64,000 nucleotides of DNA from a phage. The DNA lies in sequence record PZ386973.1. One strand, 5' to 3'. Position 1 is the first letter of the stretch, and each line of letters begins with the position of its first letter. Positions 1 through 10,219 of the stretch are shown piece by piece. The translations under genes were made by a program, and so were the position numbers. The notes under the pieces are model-generated. The model was not told the DNA's origin. It saw only the letters and a list, made by a program, of their open reading frames with translations, and searched no databases.

Positions 1-1317
1 ATGGAAGTATCAAGACCATATGTTAATACAGTAGACGTTATTGACTTCGGAATAGACAAACGTTTCTTTCGTCTACCTGTTTCAGGAATACTAGCACAAG
101 AGGGTATTACACCTAATGGTCCTCAAATAGCAATTATCAATGCGCTAGAAGATCCTAGACATCGTTTTGTAACAGCGTGTGTATCACGTCGTGTAGGCAA
201 GTCCTTTATAGCATATACACTTGGGTTCCTAAAATTACTGGAACCCAATGTGAAAGTGCTTGTTGTTGCACCGAACTACTCACTAGCTAATATTGGTTGG
301 TCACAGATTCGTGGTCTTATCAAGAAATATGGGTTACAAACAGAACGTGAGAACGCTAAGGATAAAGAGATTGAGCTAGCTAATGGTTCTCTATTTAAAC
401 TAGCTTCCGCGGCTCAGGCTGACTCCGCAGTTGGACGTTCATATGACTTTATCATCTTTGATGAGGCGGCAATTTCCGACGTGGGTGGTGATGCTTTCAG
501 GGTTCAGCTGCGTCCTACTCTAGATAAACCTAATTCTAAGGCTCTATTTATTTCCACCCCTCGTGGAGGTAACTGGTTTAAAGAATTTTATGCCTACGGA
601 TTTGATGATACATTACCTAACTGGGTATCTATTCATGGTACATATCGAGATAACCCTCGTGCTGACCTGAATGACATTGAAGAGGCACGTCGTACTGTTA
701 GTAAAAACTACTTCCGCCAAGAATATGAGGCTGACTTCTCTGTATTCGAAGGACAGATATTTGATACCTTTAATGCTATTGATCATGTTAAAGATCTCAA
801 AGGTATGCGTCATTTCTTTAAAGATGATGAGGCATTCGAAACATTACTTGGTATTGACGTTGGTTATCGTGATCCTACAGCAGTTCTTACTATTAAATAT
901 CATTACGATACGGATACCTACTATGTATTAGAAGAGTATCAGCAAGCAGAAAAAACTACAGCTCAGCATGCTGCGTATATTCAGCACTGTATAGATCGTT
1001 ATAACGTGGATCGTATCTTCGTTGACTCCGCGGCTGCCCAGTTCCGCCAGGACTTAGCTTATGAGCATGAAATTGCATCAGCTCCAGCTAAAAAGTCTGT
1101 CCTAGATGGCCTAGCGTGCTTGCAAGCGCTATTCCAGCAAGGTAAGATTATTGTAGATGCCTCATGTTCCTCCTTAATTCATGCATTGCAGAACTATAAG
1201 TGGGACTTCCAAGAAGGCGAAGAGAAATTATCACGTGAAAAACCACGTCATGATGCTAACTCTCACCTTTGTGATGCGCTCCGCTATGGAATTTACTCTA
1301 TTTCCCGTGGTAAATAA
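1..1317 (+). CDS. Terminase large subunit (ATPase plus nuclease); ORF starts with ATG at position 1
   Basis: 438-aa ORF with Walker A-like VSRRVGKSF near N-terminus and Asp-rich C-terminal nuclease region; lies just upstream of portal as in tailed-phage packaging modules. Confidence 0.88.
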   Translation: MEVSRPYVNTVDVIDFGIDKRFFRLPVSGILAQEGITPNGPQIAIINALEDPRHRFVTACVSRRVGKSFIAYTLGFLKLLEPNVKVLVVAPNYSLANIGWSQIRGLIKKYGLQTERENAKDKEIELANGSLFKLASAAQADSAVGRSYDFIIFDEAAISDVGGDAFRVQLRPTLDKPNSKALFISTPRGGNWFKEFYAYGFDDTLPNWVSIHGTYRDNPRADLNDIEEARRTVSKNYFRQEYEADFSVFEGQIFDTFNAIDHVKDLKGMRHFFKDDEAFETLLGIDVGYRDPTAVLTIKYHYDTDTYYVLEEYQQAEKTTAQHAAYIQHCIDRYNVDRIFVDSAAAQFRQDLAYEHEIASAPAKKSVLDGLACLQALFQQGKIIVDASCSSLIHALQNYKWDFQEGEEKLSREKPRHDANSHLCDALRYGIYSISRGK

Positions 1318-1330
1318 ATAATTATAGGAT

Positions 1331-1354
1331 GGGATACTACTCAGTTGGTATCCC
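1331..1354 (+). other. Stem-loop downstream of terminase gene (possible weak terminator or processing site)
   Basis: GGGATAC-loop-GTATCCC, 7-bp stem; U-tract not immediately adjacent. Confidence 0.35.
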
Positions 1355-1376
1355 GTTCCTGTATTTTAAAATCCCC

Positions 1377-1405
1377 TTTACAAATTCGATACGATTATGT
1401 ATACT
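1377..1405 (+). promoter_or_regulatory. Sigma70-like promoter upstream of HNH gene
   Basis: TTTACA - 17 bp - TATACT, about 27 nt upstream of ATG 1432. Confidence 0.45.
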
Positions 1406-1431
1406 ATATTCATACAGTTGAGGAGAACACT

Positions 1432-1869
1432 ATGGCAAGCAATGTAAAATATAAACGCGATGCTATATCCCTTATGAGAGACGGAATAAAAAGTCAATAT
1501 AAAAAAGACTCTCAATGTGCTATCTGCGGTTGTGCTGAAGAATTAGAGCTTCATCATTACCATACGGTGTCTCTACTAGTTAAAAAATTTGCTAAAGAAC
1601 TCCAATTGGATTTCACTGACGAAGAAACAGTCCTCTCAAATAGGACGGCATTCTATGATCGATATAGGCATGAGCTAGTAGAAGACACTGTTACCCTTTG
1701 TGTACACCATCACCAATTATTACATAAGGTTTACACAAAAGAACCTCCTTTATTTTCTGCTAATAAGCAAAAAGTGTGGGTTCAAAAGCAGAAAGACAAA
1801 TTACAGAATCCTCAAGAAAAGACACAAGTCAAGACTGAAACAAAATCAGGATTCGCAAGGTTCTTATAA
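1432..1869 (+). CDS. HNH endonuclease (small, Cys/His-rich)
   Basis: Motifs CAICGC...ELHHYH...CVHHHQLLH; start chosen at ATG 1432 preceded by GAGGAG; own promoter-like element and upstream hairpin. Confidence 0.72.
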   Translation: MASNVKYKRDAISLMRDGIKSQYKKDSQCAICGCAEELELHHYHTVSLLVKKFAKELQLDFTDEETVLSNRTAFYDRYRHELVEDTVTLCVHHHQLLHKVYTKEPPLFSANKQKVWVQKQKDKLQNPQEKTQVKTETKSGFARFL

Positions 1870-3086
1870 TGGGTTTTAAAAGCTGGATTACTGAAAAGCT
1901 AAATCCGGGTCAACGTATTATAAGAGACATGGAACCAGTTAGTCATCGCACTAACCGTAAGCCTTTTACCACTGGACAAGCCTACAGTAAAATTGAGATT
2001 CTCAATAGAACTGCTAATATGGTTATAGATAGTGCGGCGGAGTGTTCTTATACTGTCGGAGATAAATATAATATTGTCACGTATGCTAATGGCATCAAGA
2101 CAAAGACTCTAGACACTCTCTTAAATGTACGACCTAATCCATTCATGGATATAAGCACATTCCGTAGACTTGTAGTCACTGACCTACTTTTTGAAGGTTG
2201 TGCATACATCTATTGGGATGGCACAGCACTTTATCATGTCCCTGCTGCACTAATGCAAGTAGAGGCAGATGCTAATAAGTTTATCAAAAAATTTATATTT
2301 AATAACCAGATAGACTATCGCGTAGATGAGATTATCTTTATAAAGGATAACAGTTACGTGTGTGGCACAAATTCTCAAATTTCTGGACAATCTCGTGTTG
2401 CTACTGTTATTGATTCTCTTGAGAAGCGTTCCAAGATGCTTAACTTTAAAGAGAAATTCCTCGATAACGGAACCGTGATTGGTCTTATTCTTGAGACGGA
2501 TGAAATCCTGAACAAGAAATTGCGTGAGCGTAAACAAGAAGAATTACAACTAGATTATAATCCTAGTACAGGTCAGTCCTCTGTCCTGATTCTAGATGGT
2601 GGTATGAAAGCTAAACCGTACTCCCAAATATCCTCTTTTAAAGATCTAGACTTTAAGGAAGACATCGAAGGATTTAATAAGTCTATCTGTCTAGCCTTTG
2701 GTGTTCCGCAGGTGCTACTTGATGGTGGTAATAATGCGAACATTCGACCAAACATCGAGTTGTTCTACTATATGACTATCATACCTATGCTGAACAAGCT
2801 GACTAGTTCTCTTACTTTCTTTTTTGGTTATAAGATTACTCCTAATACTAAGGAAGTAGCTGCATTAACACCAGATAAAGAATCTGAGGCTAAACATTTA
2901 ACCTCATTGGTTAATAATGGTATTATAACTGGTAACGAAGCTCGTTTAGAGCTGAACCTTGAACCTTTAGATGATGAGCAGATGAATAAGATTCGTATTC
3001 CTGCTAACGTTGCTGGTTCTGCAACAGGTGTATCCGGTCAAGAAGGTGGTAGACCTCAAGGTTCCACCGAGGGAGATAAAGAATGA
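1869..3086 (+). CDS. Portal protein (T5 pb7-like)
   Basis: 405-aa ORF between terminase and head protease genes; start overlaps preceding stop (TAATG). Confidence 0.85.
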   Translation: MGFKSWITEKLNPGQRIIRDMEPVSHRTNRKPFTTGQAYSKIEILNRTANMVIDSAAECSYTVGDKYNIVTYANGIKTKTLDTLLNVRPNPFMDISTFRRLVVTDLLFEGCAYIYWDGTALYHVPAALMQVEADANKFIKKFIFNNQIDYRVDEIIFIKDNSYVCGTNSQISGQSRVATVIDSLEKRSKMLNFKEKFLDNGTVIGLILETDEILNKKLRERKQEELQLDYNPSTGQSSVLILDGGMKAKPYSQISSFKDLDFKEDIEGFNKSICLAFGVPQVLLDGGNNANIRPNIELFYYMTIIPMLNKLTSSLTFFFGYKITPNTKEVAALTPDKESEAKHLTSLVNNGIITGNEARLELNLEPLDDEQMNKIRIPANVAGSATGVSGQEGGRPQGSTEGDKE

Positions 3087-3574
3087 TTAATTATAGTGGT
3101 CTAAAGACCATTTTTGGTGAAAAACTGCCAGAATCTCATATCTTCTTTGCTACGGTTGCTGCGCATAAATATGTTCCTAGCTATGCTTTTCTGCGTAGAG
3201 AACTAGGACTTTCATCTGCGCATACTAATCGCAAAGTATGGAAGAAATTTGTAGAGGCTTATGGTAAAGCAGTTCCTCCTGCTCCGCCTGCTCCGCCCTT
3301 AACTCTTTCTAAGGATTTAACTTCTAGCATGTCTGTTGAAGAGGGGGCAGAATTAACACTTTCTGTTACTGCAACCGGTGGTACTGGTCCATATACTTAT
3401 GCATGGACTAAAGATGGTTCTCCTATTCCAGATGCTTCAGGAGCTACTTATACTAAGCCTGCAGCAGCTACTGAGGATTCTGGAGTCTATAAAGTAACGG
3501 TAACAGATAGCAAGAAAGTTAGTAAGGATTCTACTGCATGCACAGTAACGGTTAATCCCGGTGTTGGAGGCTAA
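3083..3574 (+). CDS. Head decoration protein with C-terminal Ig-like domain (T5 pb10-like)
   Basis: 163 aa; Pro/Ala linker PPAPPAPP followed by Ig-like segment TGGTGPYTYAWTKDGSPIPDASGATYTK. Confidence 0.7.
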   Translation: MINYSGLKTIFGEKLPESHIFFATVAAHKYVPSYAFLRRELGLSSAHTNRKVWKKFVEAYGKAVPPAPPAPPLTLSKDLTSSMSVEEGAELTLSVTATGGTGPYTYAWTKDGSPIPDASGATYTKPAAATEDSGVYKVTVTDSKKVSKDSTACTVTVNPGVGG

Positions 3575-3577
3575 TAA

Positions 3578-4210
3578 ATGACACAAGCTGCTATTGACTA
3601 TAACAAGTTAAAATCAGCACCGGTTCATTTAGATGCTTATATTAAATCTATTGATAGCGAATCCAAAGAGGGTGTTGTAAAAATCCGTGGATTCGCTAAT
3701 ACAATTAGTAAAGATCGCGCTGGTGATGTAATCCCTGCTTCCGCATGGAAAACATCTAATGCACTTGCTAACTACATGAAAAACCCGATTATTCTTTTCG
3801 GACACGACCATCGTCGTCCAATCGGCAAGTGTATTGATCTTAATCCTACTGAAATGGGTCTCGAAATCGAATGCGAGATCTATGAAAGTTCTGACCCGGC
3901 TATCTTTTCACTAATTAAAAACGGTGTACTGAAAACTTTTAGTATCGGATTCCGCTGCCTAGATGCAGAGTGGGATGAAGCTACTGATATATTTATTATT
4001 AAAGATTTAGAACTATACGAAGTCTCGGTAGTTTCTGTACCTTGTAATCAGGACTCAACATTCAATCTCGCTAAGAGCATGAATGGTCATGATTATACTG
4101 AATGGCGTAAATCTTTTACTGCAATAAGTTCTAAAGCTGTCCCAGCTCAAGAACGTAATCTTTCTGAACTAGAAAAACTTGCGATAGCTTTAGGCTACGT
4201 TAAAGAATAA
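3578..4210 (+). CDS. Prohead maturation protease (T5 pb11-like)
   Basis: 210-aa ORF immediately upstream of major capsid gene, with a His-rich FGHDHRRPIG motif consistent with a prohead protease. Confidence 0.75.
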   Translation: MTQAAIDYNKLKSAPVHLDAYIKSIDSESKEGVVKIRGFANTISKDRAGDVIPASAWKTSNALANYMKNPIILFGHDHRRPIGKCIDLNPTEMGLEIECEIYESSDPAIFSLIKNGVLKTFSIGFRCLDAEWDEATDIFIIKDLELYEVSVVSVPCNQDSTFNLAKSMNGHDYTEWRKSFTAISSKAVPAQERNLSELEKLAIALGYVKE

Positions 4211-4227
4211 CGGAGAATTATTTAAAA

Positions 4228-5604
4228 ATGACTATTGATATTAATAAGCTGAAAGAAGAACTTGGTCTGGGTGATCTGGCTAAATCTCTGGAAGGCCTGA
4301 CCGCTGCTCAGAAAGCTGCTGAAGCTGAACGTATGCGTAAAGAGCAGGAAGAAAAAGAACTGGCTCGTATGAATGACCTGGTTTCTAAAGCAGTTGGCGA
4401 AGATCGTCAGAAACTGGAACAAGCTCTGGAACTGGTTAAGTCTCTGGATGAAAAATCTAAAAAGAGTGCAGAACTGTTTGCACAGACTGTAGAAAAACAG
4501 CAGGAAACTATTGTTGGTCTTCAGGATGAAATTAAATCTCTGCTAGCAGCTCGTGAGGGTCGTTCCTTCGTCGGTGATAGCGTAGCTAAAGCACTGTATG
4601 GTACTCAAGAAAACTTTGAAGACGAAGTGGAGAAACTGGTTCTTCTGTCCTACGTGATGGAAAAAGGTGTATTTGATACTGAACATGGCCAGAGACACCT
4701 GAAAGCTGTAAACCAGTCCTCTTCAGTAGAAGTTTCTAGTGAAAGCTATGAAACTATTTTCTCTCAGCGTATTATTCGTGATCTGCAGAAAGAACTGGTA
4801 GTTGGTGCACTGTTTGAAGAATTGCCGATGTCCAGCAAAATTCTTACTATGCTGGTTGAACCAGATGCGGGTAAAGCTACTTGGGTAGATGCTGCTACTT
4901 ACGGTACTGATGCTACTACTGGTGATGAAGTTAAAGGCGCTCTTAAAGAGATCAGCTTCAAAACTTACAAACTGGCTGCTAAATCCTTTATCACTGATGA
5001 AACTGAAGAAGATGCAATCTTCTCTCTGCTGCCTCTGCTGCGTAAACGTCTGATTGAAGCACATGCTGTTTCTATTGAAGAAGCGTTTATGACTGGTGAT
5101 GGTTCCGGTAAGCCGAAAGGCCTGTTGACTCTTGCTAGCGAAGATGGTGCTAAAGTTACTACTGAAGCTAAAGCTGATGGTTCTGTTCTGGTAACTGCTA
5201 AAACCATTTCTAAACTGCGTCGTAAACTGGGCCGTCACGGTCTAAAACTGAGCAAACTGGTACTGATCGTATCTATGGATGCTTATTACGATCTGCTGGA
5301 AGATGAAGAATGGCAGGATGTTGCACAGGTTGGTAACGATGCTGTTAAACTGCAAGGTCAGGTTGGTCGTATTTATGGTCTGCCGGTTGTAGTTTCTGAG
5401 TACTTCCCAGCTAAAGCAGTAGATAAAGAGTTCGCAGTTATTGTTTATAAAGATAACTTCGTAATGCCGCGTCAGCGTGCTGTTACTGTTGAACGTGAGC
5501 GCCAAGCTGGTAAACAGCGTGATGCGTACTACGTTACTCAGCGTGTTAACCTGCAACGTTACTTTAGTAATGGCGTTGTATCTGGTGCTTACGCTGCATC
5601 TTAA
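4228..5604 (+). CDS. Major capsid protein precursor (HK97 fold, T5 pb8-like)
   Basis: 458 aa; N-terminal coiled-coil scaffold-like delta domain (EELGLGDLAKSLEGL...) then capsid core; strong host-like codon bias; followed by a strong intrinsic terminator. Confidence 0.88.
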   Translation: MTIDINKLKEELGLGDLAKSLEGLTAAQKAAEAERMRKEQEEKELARMNDLVSKAVGEDRQKLEQALELVKSLDEKSKKSAELFAQTVEKQQETIVGLQDEIKSLLAAREGRSFVGDSVAKALYGTQENFEDEVEKLVLLSYVMEKGVFDTEHGQRHLKAVNQSSSVEVSSESYETIFSQRIIRDLQKELVVGALFEELPMSSKILTMLVEPDAGKATWVDAATYGTDATTGDEVKGALKEISFKTYKLAAKSFITDETEEDAIFSLLPLLRKRLIEAHAVSIEEAFMTGDGSGKPKGLLTLASEDGAKVTTEAKADGSVLVTAKTISKLRRKLGRHGLKLSKLVLIVSMDAYYDLLEDEEWQDVAQVGNDAVKLQGQVGRIYGLPVVVSEYFPAKAVDKEFAVIVYKDNFVMPRQRAVTVERERQAGKQRDAYYVTQRVNLQRYFSNGVVSGAYAAS

Positions 5605-5624
5605 TACAGGCTTTTCAGCCGATA

Positions 5625-5652
5625 AGGAGAGCTTCGGCTCTCCTTTTTTATT
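5625..5652 (+). terminator. Intrinsic terminator after major capsid gene
   Basis: AGGAGAGC-TTCG-GCTCTCCT hairpin followed by TTTTTTATT. Confidence 0.75.
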
Positions 5653-5663
5653 GGGAAAAATAA

Positions 5664-6176
5664 ATGCAAATCATTACAGCCGAAGATTATAGGTTATATG
5701 GTAGCTTAAAACGACCTGAACTAGAATCTGGTGTAGAAATGATGATTACTGCTGCCAATGCGCTGATTACTAGCCTTCTAGGCATGGATGATGCTGATGC
5801 GGTAGACCAGCTAATCAATACAAAACCTACACGTAGAAAATATTTTCTGAGTTCGCCCTCTGCTACCTCTGTAACTAAAGTGACGATTAACGATAATGAA
5901 ATTGACCCAGAGCAGTATAGGCTATACTCTGACGGGATTATACTTCTTAAATTTAATCCTCCAGAAGGTTATATGGATGTAGCATATACACAAGGTGGAT
6001 TCAATCCAATACCTGAAGATCTCAAACTTGCAGCATGTATGCTAGTAGATCATTGGCACAAACAAGATTATCGCCAAGCTAAAACAATTGGTGGCGAAAC
6101 AGTAACCTTCAATAACACTAAATCTGGTATTCCAGAGCATATTCGTACTATTATTGAAGTATATAGGAGAGTATAA
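5664..6176 (+). CDS. Head completion / head-tail connector protein
   Basis: 170-aa ORF directly after capsid gene terminator; position in head-tail joining block. Confidence 0.5.
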   Translation: MQIITAEDYRLYGSLKRPELESGVEMMITAANALITSLLGMDDADAVDQLINTKPTRRKYFLSSPSATSVTKVTINDNEIDPEQYRLYSDGIILLKFNPPEGYMDVAYTQGGFNPIPEDLKLAACMLVDHWHKQDYRQAKTIGGETVTFNNTKSGIPEHIRTIIEVYRRV

Positions 6177-6943
6177 TGTCTCTTTCCGATCTAGCTAGAC
6201 AAATTATTAAAGAGCAGCTAGATACTGCAAGCCGATCTGAAAATAATAAGAATACTGTTGTATACTCTGTTGAGACAGGGTTAAAAGATCCTACCAGAGA
6301 TGGTACTGTTGCTCAAGTATCTTTTAAGTTTTCAAAACCTATATCACAGGATCTTCTTAATGTTAGGACAGCTTCTATATTAAAAGCTGTATCCTCTAGT
6401 TTAGATCTTTCTGGAGACTTAGGTGCTCTAGAGAATCTAATACAAGCAACTGCTGGTAAAAAATCCTCAGTAGGTAAAAAACGTTCTACTGGTAGAGTGC
6501 AGGTAAACTTTGGTGATCCTAGTGATGTTGAAGACGGATATTCTGGTGCAGTAACAGGTGCTTCTGGACGTTTTGTGTCTAACAGCAATATGAAGATTAT
6601 ACTAGAGATAGTTGCTAAAGAATACTTAATAAAGGATATGAAAAAAGCTGGAGCACCATTAAAGTTTAGGACTGGTCGCTTTGCAAACTCTTTAAAAATT
6701 AAAGATGTTATGCTTCGTGATTCTGAAACTAGTAAAGGCTCTCCTGAATTGAACGTAACATATAATTATATGACTCGTCCATATTCTGTGTTCAATCCGG
6801 CAGTATCTACATACAGAAGATTATCCCTACGACCTTATCCTGGCGCTAGAAACCCACAAAAACTTATTGGTGAGGCTATAGCAAAAGCTGCAAGAGACCT
6901 GATTCACTCCAGATATAAAATTAAGGTTAATCAAGGAACCTAA
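6176..6943 (+). CDS. Head-tail joining / tail completion protein
   Basis: 255-aa ORF with start overlapping previous stop (ATAATG); position between connector and tail terminator. Confidence 0.5.
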   Translation: MSLSDLARQIIKEQLDTASRSENNKNTVVYSVETGLKDPTRDGTVAQVSFKFSKPISQDLLNVRTASILKAVSSSLDLSGDLGALENLIQATAGKKSSVGKKRSTGRVQVNFGDPSDVEDGYSGAVTGASGRFVSNSNMKIILEIVAKEYLIKDMKKAGAPLKFRTGRFANSLKIKDVMLRDSETSKGSPELNVTYNYMTRPYSVFNPAVSTYRRLSLRPYPGARNPQKLIGEAIAKAARDLIHSRYKIKVNQGT

Positions 6944-6946
6944 TAA

Positions 6947-7432
6947 ATGGATCATAGAACAAGTATTGCACAAGCTATGGTTGATCGAATCTCTAAACAA
7001 ATGGATGGTTCTCAACCTGACGAATATTTTAATAACCTATACGGAAACGTTTCTCGTCAAACTTATAAATTTGAGGAAATACGAGAGTTTCCTTATGTGG
7101 CAGTTCATATCGGAACTGAAACTGGGCAGTATCTTCCTTCAGGCCAACAGTGGATGTTTTTAGAACTTCCAATCCTGGTGTACGATAAAGAGAAAACAGA
7201 CATTCAAGAGCAACTTGAAAAACTCGTAGCGGATATAAAAACCGTTATTGACACAGGTGGAAATTTAGAATATACTGTTAGTAAACCTAATGGATCGACC
7301 TTCCCATGTGAGGCAACTGATATGATCATTACATCAGTTAGTACAGATGAGGGTCTACTGGCCCCATATGGTTTAGCAGAAATAAATGTAACAGTGAGGT
7401 ATCAGCCTCCACGTAGGTCACTTCGCAGATAA
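6947..7432 (+). CDS. Tail terminator protein (T5 p142-like)
   Basis: 161-aa ORF immediately upstream of tail tube gene; size and position match tail terminator proteins. Confidence 0.55.
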   Translation: MDHRTSIAQAMVDRISKQMDGSQPDEYFNNLYGNVSRQTYKFEEIREFPYVAVHIGTETGQYLPSGQQWMFLELPILVYDKEKTDIQEQLEKLVADIKTVIDTGGNLEYTVSKPNGSTFPCEATDMIITSVSTDEGLLAPYGLAEINVTVRYQPPRRSLRR

Positions 7433-7458
7433 GTTACAGATTAGGAGAAAATAATTAA

Positions 7459-8853
7459 ATGTCTTTACAACTATTACGTAATACTCGAATCTTCGTGTCT
7501 ACGGTTAAGACTGGTCATAATAAGACCAACACGCAAGAGATTCTAGTTCAGGATGATATTTCTTGGGGTCAGGACAGTAACTCAACAGATATTACTGTTA
7601 ATGAAGCTGGTCCGCGTCCAACTCGTGGTTCTAAACGTTTTAACGACTCTTTAAACGCAGCTGAGTGGAGTTTTTCTACTTACATCCTACCGTATAAAGA
7701 TAAAACTACTAGCAAACAAATTGTTCCTGACTATATGTTATGGCATGCACTTTCTAGTGGTAAAGCTATTAACTTAGAAGGTAATACAGGGGCACACAAT
7801 AACACAACTAACTTCATGGTTAACTTCAAAGATAACTCCTATCATGAGTTAGCAATGTTACATATTTATATTCTGACTGATAAAGCATGGAGTTATATTG
7901 ATTCCTGTCAGATTAATCAGGCAGAAGTTAACGTTGATATCGAAGATATTGGCCGTGTAACTTGGTCTGGTAATGGTAATCAGCTTATTCCTCTGGATGA
8001 GCAACCCTTTGATCCGGATGAAATAGGTATTGATGATGAAACTTATATGACTATCCAGGGTTCTTATATTAAGAACAAACTAACGATCTTGAAGATCAAG
8101 GACATGGATACCAATAAGTCTTATGACATACCGATTACCGGTGGTACTTTTACTATTAACAACAACATTACTTATTTAACACCTAATGTAATGTCCCGTG
8201 TTACTATTCCAATTGGTTCCTTTACTGGTGCTTTTGAATTAACTGGTTCATTAACTGCTTATCTGAATGATAAATCTCTTGGTTCTATGGAACTATACAA
8301 AGATCTTATCAAAACTCTGAAGGTAGTTAACCGCTTCGAAATAGCTCTAGTACTCGGTGGCGAGTATGAGGATGAACGTCCTGCAGCTATTCTGGTAGCT
8401 AAACAAGCGCACGTTAACATCCCTACGATTGAGACTGATGATGTACTTGGTACATCAGTAGAGTTTAAGGCTATTCCGTCAGAGCTGGATGCTGGTGATG
8501 AAGGTTACTTAGGTTTCTCTAGTAAATATACTAAAACAACTATTAATAACTTGATTGTTAATGGTGATGGTGCTACTGATGCTGTAACTGCAATTACTGT
8601 TAAATCTGCCGGTGAGGCTACTTCTGTTCGGACTGGACAAACTCTTCAGATGAGCGTTGAAGTTGCTCCTTCTTCCGCAAGGAATAAGGATGTTATCTGG
8701 GCTATCACCGCCGGTGATGCAGCTACTATCAATGCAACAGGACTGTTAACAGCAGATGCTAGTAAAACAGGTGCGGTAACTGTTGAAGCTACGGCTAAAG
8801 ATGGCTCTGGTGTTAAAGGCACTAAAGTTATTACTGTGACAGCAGGTGGTTAA
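7459..8853 (+). CDS. Tail tube protein with C-terminal Ig-like (BIG2-type) domain (T5 pb6-like)
   Basis: 464 aa; C-terminal Ig-like segment (AITVKSAGEATSVRTGQTLQMSVEVAPSSARNKDVIWAITAGD...); GGAG RBS. Confidence 0.85.
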   Translation: MSLQLLRNTRIFVSTVKTGHNKTNTQEILVQDDISWGQDSNSTDITVNEAGPRPTRGSKRFNDSLNAAEWSFSTYILPYKDKTTSKQIVPDYMLWHALSSGKAINLEGNTGAHNNTTNFMVNFKDNSYHELAMLHIYILTDKAWSYIDSCQINQAEVNVDIEDIGRVTWSGNGNQLIPLDEQPFDPDEIGIDDETYMTIQGSYIKNKLTILKIKDMDTNKSYDIPITGGTFTINNNITYLTPNVMSRVTIPIGSFTGAFELTGSLTAYLNDKSLGSMELYKDLIKTLKVVNRFEIALVLGGEYEDERPAAILVAKQAHVNIPTIETDDVLGTSVEFKAIPSELDAGDEGYLGFSSKYTKTTINNLIVNGDGATDAVTAITVKSAGEATSVRTGQTLQMSVEVAPSSARNKDVIWAITAGDAATINATGLLTADASKTGAVTVEATAKDGSGVKGTKVITVTAGG

Positions 8854-8857
8854 TTAA

Positions 8858-9754
8858 ATGTTTTATTCTCTCATGCGAGAGTCTAAAATAGTTGTTGAGT
8901 ATGATGGTAGAGGGTATCATTTCGATGCCCTCTCTAACTATGACGCTAGTACGTCTTTTCAAGAGTTTAAAACTCTTAGACGTACTATTCATAATCGTAC
9001 AAACTATGCAGACTCTATTATTAATGCTCAAGATCCTTCATCTATTTCATTGGCAATAAATTTCAGTACTACGCTTATTGAATCTAACTTCTTTGATTGG
9101 ATGGGATTCACGCGTGAGGGAAATTCTTTATTTTTGCCAAGAAATACTCCCAATATTGAACCTATTATGTTCAATATGTATATTATTAATCATAATAATA
9201 GCTGTATTTATTTCGAAAACTGTTATGTATCAACGGTTGATTTTTCTTTAGATAAGAGTATACCGATCCTAAATGTTGGTATTGAGTCTGGAAAATTCTC
9301 TGAAGTATCTACTTTCCGCGATGGATACACAATTACACAGGGTGAAGTACTTCCATATAGCCCTCCAGCTGTGTATACTAATAGCGCACCATTGCCTGCA
9401 TTAGTTTCAGCATCTATGTCCTTCCAGCAACAATGTTCCTGGAGAGAAGATAGAAGTATATTTGATATAAATAAAGTTTACACTAATAAACGAGCTTATG
9501 TCAATGAGATGAATGCTTCCGCAACGCTATCTTTCTACTACGTTAAGAGATTGGTAGGGGATAAGTTCTTGAATCTAGATCCTGAAACAAGAACTCCACT
9601 AATTATTAAAAATAAATATGTTTCTATAACATTCCCTTTAGCACGTATTTCAAAACGCCTAAACTTCTCAGATTTGTATCAGGTAGAATATGATGTAATT
9701 CCTACTGCTGATTCAGATCCTGTAGAAATAAACTTCTTTGGAGAAAGAAAATAA
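8858..9754 (+). CDS. Minor tail protein (possibly tube-like baseplate protein)
   Basis: 298-aa ORF between tail tube and chaperone/tape-measure genes. Confidence 0.5.
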   Translation: MFYSLMRESKIVVEYDGRGYHFDALSNYDASTSFQEFKTLRRTIHNRTNYADSIINAQDPSSISLAINFSTTLIESNFFDWMGFTREGNSLFLPRNTPNIEPIMFNMYIINHNNSCIYFENCYVSTVDFSLDKSIPILNVGIESGKFSEVSTFRDGYTITQGEVLPYSPPAVYTNSAPLPALVSASMSFQQQCSWREDRSIFDINKVYTNKRAYVNEMNASATLSFYYVKRLVGDKFLNLDPETRTPLIIKNKYVSITFPLARISKRLNFSDLYQVEYDVIPTADSDPVEINFFGERK

Positions 9755-10158
9755 TGATTAACTTAAAAGATATTACCCTAGAAACTCGTACTGTCACTCT
9801 TTCATACCCAGGTATGCCGAACTTTAAGCTAGAGCTTAATTATATGTCTCGTGCTACTTCTAAGCGAGTTATCACTTCTGCTAAGCGTGACGAGTGGGTT
9901 AACGGTACTTTGATTCAGGTACAGGATGATGATAAGTTTATTGAAGCTTTCGTTGATGCTGCGATTAAAGGTTGGACTGGTTTGACTGTAGGTGACGTTG
10001 AAAAACTGATGCTGATTGAAACAGATGCTGATCCTGTTACTGAGGTTCCATTTAGTCGTGATAATGCTGTAATGCTTATGCAGAACTCTGCTGCGTTTGA
10101 TTCTTGGATCAACCAGACAGTGTTCCATTTAGACACTTTTCGTAGCTCAAAAGCGTAA
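9754..10158 (+). CDS. Putative tail assembly chaperone (G-like)
   Basis: 134-aa acidic protein immediately upstream of tape measure gene, the conserved chaperone position. Confidence 0.5.
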   Translation: MINLKDITLETRTVTLSYPGMPNFKLELNYMSRATSKRVITSAKRDEWVNGTLIQVQDDDKFIEAFVDAAIKGWTGLTVGDVEKLMLIETDADPVTEVPFSRDNAVMLMQNSAAFDSWINQTVFHLDTFRSSKA

Positions 10159-10219
10159 AGAATTACTAGATGCTGTTGCTGACTTTGCCGATAAATGTAT
10201 TAAAAGCTCAGCATCTAAA

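Noticed and set aside
613-931. Small ORFs on both strands inside the terminase gene
   Set aside because: Nested in a long, well-supported coding region; no independent signals
4723-5556. Antisense ORFs (171, 80 and 104 aa) within the major capsid gene
   Set aside because: Shadow ORFs opposite a strongly codon-biased gene; no promoter or RBS
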